64,000 bases of DNA from Macrotis lagotis (Eukaryota), in NCBI RefSeq assembly GCF_037893015.1, contig NC_133661.1, forward strand, positions 187,258,809 through 187,322,808. The letters are read 5' to 3'. A program made the position numbers and the translations under genes. Positions 55,268-64,000 of this stretch are shown here, one piece after another (within the stretch, counting starts at the first letter, position 1; each line of letters begins with the position of its first letter). The notes beneath the pieces were generated by a model, which was not told the origin of the DNA, made no database searches, and worked only from the letters and a program-made list of their open reading frames with translations.

Positions 55268-55390
55268 CGGGGCCTTTTCCGTTGTGAGGGAGCAGTAAGC
55301 TGTGTGGAGCCAAGACCTGGACCTCTTTCTACTTTGCAATTGGCTGTAGGCGATGCCCAGGGCCATGTGTACTTTTTGTCATGGGAGTAA
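55268..55390 (+). CDS. TEP1: TEP1 terminal coding exon 53 (stop TAA at 55388-55390)
   Basis: RGLFRCEGAVSCVEPRPGPLSTLQLAVGDAQGHVYFLSWE* ~ human LGLFRCEGSVSCLEPWLGANSTLQLAVGDVQGNVYFLNWE*. Acceptor TTTACAG|. Confidence 0.95.
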   Translation, partial: RGLFRCEGAVSCVEPRPGPLSTLQLAVGDAQGHVYFLSWE

Positions 55391-55856
55391 GATAGTTGAA
55401 CAGAAGCAATCATCTATTTAGAGACAAAGTTTGAGGACGTTGTGTTGCCAGCTTTTCAATATATATATGTATCTAAATACCTATACATGTATGTATATAT
55501 ATACACACGTATATAGATACATATATAGTATATAATTTTTTTGTTTTTTCTGTTATTTTTTCTAATTACATGCAAAATTAAGTTTTCATCATTAATACAT
55601 TTGCAAGTTCATATATTTCACATTTTTCTACTACCTTCTCTTCCTTTTCCCTTCCCATGATAGCAAATTGTTTAAAGTTGTACATGTACAATCTTTTTAA
55701 ATATTTTTCCATATTAGTTATATTGTGAAAGAGGAAGTAAAACTAAAGGATAAAAAACTATGAGTGAACATAGTATGCTTTGCTCTTTCTTCAGACTTCA
55801 CAGTTTTTTCTCTGGATGTGGATATCATTTTTCCATAATAATCAAGGATTGTCCTT

Positions 55857-55990
55857 GAGCACCAGCCCTGGAGTCAGGAGTACCTGAGTTCAAATCCAGC
55901 CTCAGACACTTAATAATTACCTAGCTGTGTGGCCTTGGGCAAGCTACTTAACCCCATTGCCTTGAAAAACTAAAAAAAAAAAAAAAATGC
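55857..55990 (+). mobile_element. Marsupial SINE (5'-truncated), in putative TEP1 3' UTR/downstream region
   Basis: ...GAGCACCAGCCCTGGAGTCAGGAGTACCTGAGTTCAAATCCAGCCTCAGACACTTAATAATTACCTAGCTGTGTGGCCTTGGGCAAGCTACTTAACCCC...(A)n. Confidence 0.8.
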
Positions 55991-56424
55991 AAAGAAAGGT
56001 CATCTAGCTGTACCAGATCTAAAACTATATTATAAAGGTGGAGTTATCAAAACTGCCTTGGGCTGGTTAAGAAATAGAGAAGCCAATTAATGGAATAGAT
56101 TAGTATCAAAAGAAGCAGTAGTAAATGACTATAGTAATTTAATGTTTGATAAAGATACTATAAACTTCTGGAATAAGAACTCACCATTTTGACAAAAAAT
56201 TCTGGGAAAACTGTTAAACTAGTATGGCAAAAATTAGGCATCTCATACCCTAATAACAAAATTAGGTCAAAATGAATACAAAATGAATACAAAAAAAGGG
56301 AGATAACCATAGTTTGTCAGATCTATCCAGAGGGGAGAAGTTATGACCAAAGAAGAGATAGAGAAAGTTGTAAATTGCTAAATGGATGATTTCAGCTATA
56401 TTAAATTAAAAAAAATTGTTCAGG

Positions 56425-56580
56425 GGCGGCTAGGTGGCACAGTGGATAAAGCACCAGCCCTGGAGTCAGGAGTACCTGGGTTCAAATCCGGGCTCAGACA
56501 CTTAATAATTACCTAGCTGTATGGTCTTGGGCAAGCCACTTAACCCCATTTGCTTTGCCAAAAAAAAAAACCCTAAAAAA
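56425..56580 (+). mobile_element. Marsupial SINE
   Basis: GGGGCGGCTAGGTGGCACAGTGGATAAAGCACCAGCCCTGGAGTCAGGAGTACCTGGGTTCAAATCCGGGCTCAGACAC...(A)n. Confidence 0.85.
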
Positions 56581-56992
56581 AGATTGTGCACAAATAAAAT
56601 AAATGCAGTCAAGATTAGAAGAAATGCAGATGGGGGTGATGATCAACCCTGATGGACTTGCTTATCCTTTTAGTGCAACAACCAGGGACAATTTTGGGCT
56701 ATCTGCAATGGAGAATACCATCTGTATCCAGAGAAAGAATTATAGACTTTCAACATAGACCAAAGACTATTACTGTCAAATTAGAAAAAAAAGTGCTATA
56801 TTATTATGTAATTTTACTATCTCATACTTTATTTTTCTTCCTTAAGGATATGATTTCTCTGTCATCACATTCAGCTGAGATCAATGTAACATGGAACCAA
56901 TGTAAACACTAACAGTGCCTTCTGTGGGGGTGGGAAGAGGGAAGCAAGAATGGGGGAAAAATTGTAAAACTCAAAATAAATAAAATCTTTTT

Positions 56993-57150
56993 TTTTCTTT
57001 AGATTTTTCAAGGCAATGGGGTTAAGTAGCTTGCCCAAGGCCACACAGCTAGATAATTATTAAGTATCTGAGGCCGGATTTGAACTCAGGTACTCCTGAT
57101 TCCAGGGCTGGTGCTCTATCTATCCACTGTGCCACCTAGCTGCCCCTTCA
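56993..57150 (-). mobile_element. Marsupial SINE
   Basis: ...CAAGGCAATGGGGTTAAGTAGCTTGCCCAAGGCCACACAGCTAGATAATTATTAAGTATCTGAGGCCGGATTTGAACTCAGG...GCCACCTAGCTGCCCC. Confidence 0.8.
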
Positions 57151-57349
57151 TTGATATTCTTGACCTTTTATTGCTCCAGATGAATTTTGTTACTATTTTT
57201 TCTGGCTCTGTAATATAGTTTTTTGGTAGTTTGAATGGTATTGTGCTAAGTAACATAATTTGGGTAGAATTGTCATTTTTATTATATTAGCTCTGCCTAA
57301 CTATGAGTAACTACTTGTTTTGTTTTTTTTCCCCACTTGTTTAGATCTG

Positions 57350-57548
57350 ACTTTATTTGTTGAAAAATGTTTTGTAATTGTGTTCATATAATTTCTCGAT
57401 TTGTCTTGCCAGGTAGATTCCCAAGTATTTCATGTTGTCTACAGTTACTTTAAATGGAATTTTTCTGTCTCTTATTCTTGGGTTTTGTGGGTCATATATA
57501 AAAATGTTTTTTTCTGAAACATGAAGCCTCCACACAGATCTAAAGCTA

Positions 57549-57560
<12 letters not shown>
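57350..57560 (-). mobile_element. L1 ORF2 fragment
   Basis: Minus-strand ORF ...KIPFKVTVDNMKYLGIYLARQIEKLYEHNYKTFF... resembles the L1 ORF2 segment [30 protein letters not shown]. Abuts a (CT)n(CA)n microsatellite. Confidence 0.5.
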
Positions 57561-57630
<70 letters not shown>

Positions 57631-57640
57631 ACACACAAAA
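57555..57640. repeat. Compound (CT)n(CA)n microsatellite
   Basis: CTCTCTCTCTCTCTCTCTCTCTCTCTCTCACACACACACACACACACACACACACACACACAGACACACACAC. Confidence 0.95.
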
Positions 57641-58744
57641 CAAGTTCTTATCTCAAGATATTATGGAGTTCTGTCTCACCTGGGTAAAAGCAAAGTATAG
57701 CCCTATGTAGATGGGAGACCTGGAAAATGAGCAGGAGGTTCTTAACCACAGTGTAGCTCAGGTCAAGACTCTCAGTAAGCCAGTGTTGTAGCAGATCAAT
57801 AGTCAGTGTTCCAACCCCAGCTCAGAAAACAAAGTTTGCGCCCTTGGAATGCTGGTGCAACAACAAACAACTGGGTTGGGCTACCCTAATACTGGGAACT
57901 AATAGCTGTGTAGACAATGCCTTAGGCAAGTGATAAGCCAGGAAGGAACCAGACTTTCTCTCCCCGCCCCCCAGCCCCACAACAAAAAAACTTGGGACTA
58001 TCTCCTAAGCCCCAGGAGCAGAGATAAACTATCTACATGAGCAAAAATACTAAAAGAACTCACCATAGATAGGTACTATTCTGATAAGGATGATAAATAT
58101 ACAATGGGGAAGTCCATGACTTAGGATCTCTACCCAGTTACCTAATCAAAGTCCTCCAGGAAAGTCTTTGGTATCAACCTATATCTTTTGCTGCTTCCCT
58201 TTCAGCTAGACTATGAATAGGACCAAGACTTTACCCATTTTCCTTTCCTCTCCTCTCTGGAACTCATACAACTGTACTCAGTTCTATAGGGAATTAGTTA
58301 TTCAATTCAGTATAATTATTAAATATCTTCTTTGGGCTTAATACTTGGTATTCTTTGTCTTTGAACCTAGAAGTCTGGCTACAGAGCACAGTTATTTCCC
58401 TAGCACTCAGCTGGAAGCTACAGCTGAGACTTTTGGGAGGTGAAATGGAATCAAATGTCCTTCCCTTGATTCTTTTTTAGTTTGAAAGAGATTATAGAAC
58501 CCATTTGTTAAGGTCTATAGAGGTAATCTAGTGTTATCCACAACATAAATCCTTTCTACTTAACCCAGAACAAAGTTATGAAGTCTCTACTTGAGTACTT
58601 TCTTTGGTGGCAGATTCATTATTTTTAGATTTCTCATTACAAAGTATCTTTTTTTTTATGGTCTAGACCTGTGACTTCTTTGGCATAAGGAATCCTCCAT
58701 GAGAAACTTCATGGGAGAAGTCCTTTGTAAGAAAGTTGTTTAGT

Positions 58745-58892
58745 TAGGTTTTTGCAAGGCAATGGGGTTAAGTGACTTGCCCAAGGCCACACAGCTAAGT
58801 AATTATCAAGTGTATGAGGCAGGATTTGAACTCAGGTCCTCTTGACTCCAGGGCCTGTGCTCTATCCATTGTGCCACATTGCCGCCCATGAG
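58745..58892 (-). mobile_element. Marsupial SINE
   Basis: ...GCAAGGCAATGGGGTTAAGTGACTTGCCCAAGGCCACACAGCTAAGTAATTATCAAGTGTATGAGGCAGGATTTGAACTCAGG...GCCACATTGCCGCCC. Confidence 0.8.
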
Positions 58893-59703
58893 AAAGTTTT
58901 AAAAGAATTGCCTGGGACAGTAAGAGGTTAAGTGAGCACAATGAGTTGAGGTTGGACTTCAAGCCAAATCATCCAAGGCCAACTCTATCCAACTCTACCT
59001 ATTTCTCAGAAGAACTCTATTGAGACATCTGAATTTGTTTCTTCCACCCTTTGTTTCTACATCTGCCCTCTAATTTTTCAAACTCTTGAAGATAAGCTTT
59101 TTAATATAATAATATGTAATATTTATATAATAAAGACAAGTCCCAAATCCTCATTTACAAGCCAAATATCCTTTGACAGCTTCCAGAGCCTTTGGTATCC
59201 TGGTCATTATTCTATGATCACATTCCTCTCTGCTTAAAAAAAATGGTAGCCAGAGCTGAACACAATACTCCACATGGAATCTTACCATTGCACAGCATGG
59301 GTATATACCACTCTTCAACTAAGGCATAGTAACAAATGAAATTTTGCTATGACCTCCAAGGACATAAGAAAGATTTCCTTCCTCCCATCTACCCTGTCTC
59401 ATGCTCACAGCCTCAACTAACCAGGCTTATCAGTCAAAAACTGGTGAGTCCTAGTCCTCAGAAAACTCAGTTATCAGGGGGAAAGTTAGCTCCACCTAAG
59501 GTGTGCTGACTATAGCATGGCTGTGTTGCTAGCTCTCATTTTATCAGTGAGAAATGATTTTTCCCTAGAGTTAAGGTTAAGGAATACTTGAGTATTGGTT
59601 GTATAATCTATCTGCTGCATATCATATTTCTCAGGGAATTTCTCAAAGCTGCTGTTTTCTTCCCAACTATTGTTTTGTCAAAAATCTGGAGTTCAAAGAA
59701 GAA

Positions 59704-59719
59704 GGGGGGGGGGGGGGGT
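59704..59719. repeat. Poly-G homopolymer (G16)
   Basis: AGAAGGGGGGGGGGGGGGGGTCATGG. Confidence 0.9.
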
Positions 59720-60914
59720 CATGGATGAAGCTGTTGCCAATTATTAAAGATTGAAGACAGAAGATTTAAGGTTACTGAAAAGTTGAAGAATTCACTCTCT
59801 GGAAATCTAAAACTGCTCAGGATTTTATTTTACACTTATTGTTAAAAAAGTATATAGGCCAAAATTGGTAAGAAAAGCAGTAAGCATCCTTAGGACAGGC
59901 CAGGTAAAGTCTGAGAGAGAGAGAGATGAAGAGAGGAAAAACGTAAGTAGCCATGAGGCTTGACTTAGCCTGGCTACATAGTGTGAGGCCCACAGTGCTC
60001 CACATGGATTAAGGAAGAACATGAGAAAGCCCCATCCTTCTGGATGGGAAGAAGCAAAAGACCTTGAAGGAGCAGCTCTTCCTACAAAGTAGCCTTTTAT
60101 GGTAGATTGGACAGAGGGGAGCCTTACACTTTGGGCCAGATATCTTCCAATGGCAAGCTATTGTCCCAAGGTTCTTGAACCCCAAGTTCAACATGTCATT
60201 TCCTGTCATACCAGCATTTATGGCCAAGATTAGGTAAAAGGGAAAATGAGGGACAGGACACAAACAACAGCATCAAAGGGAGACGGGATGCAATCAACAG
60301 GGGGTCAGTTTATATCTCAGGAGCCTTCCACAATTAACAGATTTTAACATCATTAAAGCTACATTCATAATTATCTACATCATTTCCCTGCATCAAAGCT
60401 ACATGGATGTTTTTAGGAGTCCTGACACTACAACTTTGCCTCCTCACAAAGGATCTCTTCAAAGACCCACTTACTGCCTAGAATGCTCTCATATTACCTT
60501 CCCATAAAAAACTGTACTCAATTCTGGAGGAGTAGAAAAAGGTCAGGAAAGATAGAGAACTTGAGGGAAGAATAGGATCCTAGGGAGTTTCAAAGAGTAG
60601 GTACATGAATCATTGAACCTAAGCACAGAGAAGCCTAGGATAGCATAGCTCCCATTTTTCTGTCCTGATAAACAGGTATTTATTTCTAAGGCCTCCAGGA
60701 TACACATGTGTGGTTGGAGGGGGAGAAAACTGGAGTAAAGACAATCTCTGATCTCTAGATATTCTCCAGATATTAGAAGTATCCTTTTGCCTATGCCTCT
60801 CCCTATAATTCAGTCTCCTATCATGTATTTTAATTTGATGATATCTTAACAGAGAGGTTAAGTCAATAATTCCTACTTGACTAAGGAAGTAATCTTCCTC
60901 AAAAGTAGAAATGC

Positions 60915-61065
60915 TGGGGCAGCTAGGTGGCGAAGTGGATAGAGCACCAGCCTTGGAGTCAGGAGTACCTGGGTTCAAATCCAACCTCAGACACTTAATA
61001 ATTACCTAGCCATATGGGCAAGCCACTCAACCCCATTGCCTTAAAAAAATCTAAAAAAACAAAAA
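60915..61065 (+). mobile_element. Marsupial SINE
   Basis: GGGGCAGCTAGGTGGCGAAGTGGATAGAGCACCAGCCTTGGAGTCAGGAGTACCTGGGTTCAAATCCAACCTCAGACACTTAATAATTACCTAGCC... Confidence 0.85.
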
Positions 61066-61263
61066 AAAAGTAGAAATGCTTTGGAGAATACTTTCCTTCC
61101 CACCTGTTAGGCCACTCTCTTGTGGAATATATTCTTGGTCTTATTAAGGTCTTCAGAATTGGTTACCAAACTGCCATCCAACCTTCCCAACTGTGAAGGA
61201 AATGCCATTGAGAAGTCAGTCCTTCAGAGAGGCTCAAGCAATGTATGGTTGCTTAAGACAGAA

Positions 61264-61440
61264 AAACAGGGGCAGCTAGATAGTACAATGGGTAGAGCAC
61301 TGGCCCTGGAGTCAGGAGGACCTGAATTCAAATCCAGACTCAGACACTTAATAATTACCTAGCCATGTGACCTTGGGCAAGTCATTTAACCCTATTTCCT
61401 TACAAAAACCAAAAAAAGGAAAAAAAAACAATTTTCTTAT
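61264..61440 (+). mobile_element. Marsupial SINE
   Basis: GGGGCAGCTAGATAGTACAATGGGTAGAGCACTGGCCCTGGAGTCAGGAGGACCTGAATTCAAATCCAGACTCAGACAC...(A)n. Confidence 0.8.
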
Positions 61441-61679
61441 GATTGCTATTCACTACTAGGCAAAAAGTACAATTTTCTTCTACAATGGTAGAAGGAAAAA
61501 TTACAGGGCTAGAGGAGTCAGGAATATGTTGATTTTTCTCAATATAGATAATATGTACTTCTGCCATAAGACAGAGCAAGACTCAAGTCTAACTGATAAA
61601 ATGAGAGCTAGCTAATGCCACATTGCTCTTAGTTTTGACAGAGTCCACTTGTATACTGCAGAATGGAAGTTTGTTTTGG

Positions 61680-61815
61680 GTTTTTTTGGTGGGTCAATGG
61701 AGTTAAGTGACTTACCCAAGGTATGCATCAAGTGTCTGAGGTCATATTTGAATCCGGTCCTCCTGACTCCGGGGCCAGTGCTCTATCTACTGTGCCTCCT
61801 AGCTACCGCCCTAGA
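61680..61815 (-). mobile_element. Marsupial SINE
   Basis: ...GGTGGGTCAATGGAGTTAAGTGACTTACCCAAGGTATGCATCAAGTGTCTGAGGTCATATTTGAATCCGGTCCTCCTGACTCCGGGGCCAGTGCTCTATCTACTGTGCCTCCTAGCTACCGCCC. Confidence 0.7.
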
Positions 61816-62196
61816 TGGAAGTTTCTTGAGGAGGATACTGCTTCTGTTTGTACTTCCACCTCAGGAACAGGAACTATATTGTATTTCTAGCCTCAAGAAA
61901 CCCAGATTTATCTTTGCACAATCCTACCCATCACAGTTCCCATATGATCAAATCTAATCTAGAAAACACTTCAGTCATTGGCAACTGTCCTTCCAACTTT
62001 TCAGTGTTTCTTTAAAATTCTCCTCCACACATGGAAAAACATTTACTTCTAAAACTTTCAGTTTCAAATTCTCTCCTTTCCTCCCATCCTACTCCCTCCA
62101 TTAAGAAAGCAAGCTACCAGGTATAGGTTAAAAATGTGTAGCCATGATAAACATTATTACAATAGTCATGCTGTAAAAGTAAATATAAACCCCCCC

Positions 62197-62252
<56 letters not shown>
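62197..62252. repeat. (CA)n microsatellite
   Basis: CCAACACACACACACACACACACACACACACACACACACACACACACACACAAAG. Confidence 0.95.
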
Positions 62253-62254
<2 letters not shown>

Positions 62255-64000
62255 GAGAAATCTCAAGGAAAACTAAAGTTAGAAAAAAAAATGTGCTTCA
62301 GATACTTTCAGCTCTGTTTTTGAACTGGATAGCATCCTATATCATAAGTCCATCAGAGAAATTGCTTCAACATTTTTTTTCCACAGTTGCTATAGCTAGC
62401 TATATATCCTTCAATTCTATTCCCTACATCCCCATTTATTCTATTCTCTCTCTCCTTTCACCCTGTCCCTTCTCAAAAATCCAACTTTTCAATGTGGAAA
62501 ACCCTTCTCAGCCTCCTACCCCAGCCCCGTGCCCAAATCCCCTACTATAACCATCCCCTTGACTGTCTCTCATCCAGACACTGAAGTTTCTCTGTCCATC
62601 ATCATCTAGCAGTTGGATGATATAATATTTCTTATTGTTGAACTAGAGATTGGGCTACAAGGACTGTGAAAAGTGAGTATACAAATGTAAGCTAGGTTGC
62701 TTAGGAAATTCACATTAACAAATTACTTTCTGTAAATATAAATTCTAATTTTCCCCTGTGAAATAAGTAGTGTGGGAGAGAGAACTTAATTTTATGAGGA
62801 AGAATGAGAACTAAAAAAATCTACCATTTCCTCAGCTCAAGTATCCTGCAATTCTAAGAATCAGTAAGGGCCAATGAACCGCTTGAAATTCTGATCTTAG
62901 CCCTAAGTTACCTGTCCTGACTTTTTTGTCCCTCTACTTATCTTCCCACTTTTCTTCCTTTCCCATCCTTAAAGCCCCCTAAGCCATTTGATTCTCCTCA
63001 TTCTTAGTTCATTCTAGTCTTTAGTGACAATTTCCCCAAGGAAAACAAATAATTTTACAATATGTTTATTACAAAGAAACAATCTCCCTCAAATCTAGAG
63101 GTACAAAACAATTTTAGTTTTTGGTTCTAGCTGTTTGTCTTTTGTTAGTACTGACCATCACCCTGACTTGTGGGAATTTCACAGACAGCTAAAAGCAGGA
63201 CAATGGTAGAAGAGGACAAAGCCTCTGTTCCTTCAAGTTGGGGTGTGGAGAAGGGGTCATGTAGGCCATTCTGGGAAGAATGTAGTAAGTAGGAGCATCA
63301 GGAGCAGCTGTAGTTTTACTGGAATGAGGTTTCCACAAAATAGAGCCTGGTCTTCACATTGGAATAATGTTTCCTGCACTATATGGTCCAAACCATACTT
63401 TCTTTGGTTTTATATACATAGACCTTTCTTTACTTCCCTTCCCTTCCCTATCCCAGTCTCCTAAACATAATTTAAAAAGTCTTTAGAGTTAGAATTGACC
63501 TAATTTGCTGGAAACCGAAAGTTTCTTTTATAAGAAACTTCCAGTTTCCCAGTGAAGGAGGAAAGAATCATTATAAGATAGCTTAACAAGTTTGTAATTG
63601 GAAAAATTGTTGTAATTGATGCTACCTATTAAGTAGAAACTTTCCTTTTTTTCCACTCCCCATCACCACTTCTAAATAAGAACTATAAGGTAATTTTATA
63701 AAAGAAAAACCAAGGAATTATTTTTGATAATGTTTTTTATTTTGCTCTTTGAAGAAAGAGTCTCTTATAATAACCTGCTGGCAGTTTAAAAGTCTTGGGA
63801 AAGATGTTTTATAGTGAGTATTGCCAATCAGTACCATAAAAGTAATCTTGAATTAAGTGCATATGAATAATATCCCTAACAATGAACAAAAAAAAAAGAT
63901 ATTTTTTTCAAACAGGCCTTTTCTTCTCATTTAGCATAACATAATAATCTCCTTCATAGTATAGGTGAGCCAAGTAGGTGACATGTCAATAATAAGGAGA

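Larger units (their letters stand above)
6480..55390 (+). other. TEP1: TEP1 gene span (exon 1 to stop codon; 3' UTR end not determined)
   Basis: Collinear exon-by-exon protein similarity to human TEP1 recalled from memory. Matching stretches include MEKLHGHVSAHPDILSLEN~MKRKGLEPFGRPSVLSLEN, ASLYARQQLN...FCAIVQLPSDW, GQSGQGKT~GEPGQGKT, MGPFACLVQSLRS~MGPFTYLVQSLRS and ...GNVYFLNWE~...HVYFLSWE. All 53 coding exons have mutually consistent phases and sum to 7389 nt (2463 codons). Confidence 0.85.

Noticed and set aside
161-61815. About 26 copies of a ~150-bp element with tRNA-like A/B boxes. They could be mistaken for tRNA genes or, given their regular recurrence, a CRISPR-like repeat array
   Set aside because: They are dispersed tRNA-derived SINEs in both orientations, with A-tails, variable divergence and no conserved cloverleaf. 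The spacing is irregular, from 0.3 to 15 kb. This is a eukaryotic genome with introns and a CpG island, so CRISPR or prokaryotic defence-system interpretations do not apply.
55391-64000. Searched for a downstream tail-to-tail neighbour gene on the minus strand after the TEP1 stop. PARP2 was expected by synteny with human
   Set aside because: No convincing coding exons were found in the remaining 8.6 kb. Only SINEs, an L1 fragment, microsatellites and short non-homologous ORFs appear. The region is probably TEP1 3' UTR plus intergenic sequence, and I could not locate the TEP1 poly(A) site.

Overview
This window is eukaryotic (vertebrate) nuclear DNA. It shows GT-AG introns, a CpG-island promoter, and dense tRNA-derived SINE, MIR and L1 retroelement content. 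The SINE family matches the marsupial SINE1/MAR1 type, so the source is most likely an opossum-like marsupial; that call rests on recognising the repeat consensus, not on a search.

The dominant feature is one large plus-strand gene that is clearly the ortholog of TEP1 (telomerase-associated protein 1, also called the vault protein TEP1). A CpG-island promoter and non-coding exon 1 lie at about 6.0-6.6 kb. The ATG is at 8266 and the stop at 55388-55390. I reconstructed 53 coding exons with consistent splice phases. Their total is 7389 nt, giving 2462 codons plus the stop, against a human TEP1 recalled from memory at about 2.6 kaa.

The predicted protein carries:
- an N-terminal TEP1 repeat;
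- a TROVE domain (the ASLYARQQLN...AIVQLPSDW stretch);
- a NACHT NTPase P-loop, GEPGQGKT;
- a long WD40 array through to the C-terminus (...VYFLSWE*).

Several insertions sit in TEP1 introns:
- an intact, sense-oriented processed retrocopy with a 14-bp target-site duplication, AATAAA signal, poly(A) tail and an uninterrupted 110-codon ORF;
- a very young internally deleted endogenous retrovirus on the minus strand, with identical 416-bp LTRs, a tRNA-Phe primer binding site, a polypurine tract and a 6-bp target-site duplication;
- several L1 fragments, including L1 ORF1 and ORF2 remnants, and about 26 marsupial SINEs plus MIR/THER-like elements.

Other notable structure:
- a diverged tandem duplicate of the first coding exon;
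- a GC-rich 15-mer minisatellite next to an approximately 340-bp TA-rich minisatellite and a (GT)n tract in the promoter;
- an 84-bp tandem duplication;
- twin poly-C tracts.

I found no prokaryotic-style operon, CRISPR array or defence locus. Coordinates are hand-derived and may be off by 1-2 bp.
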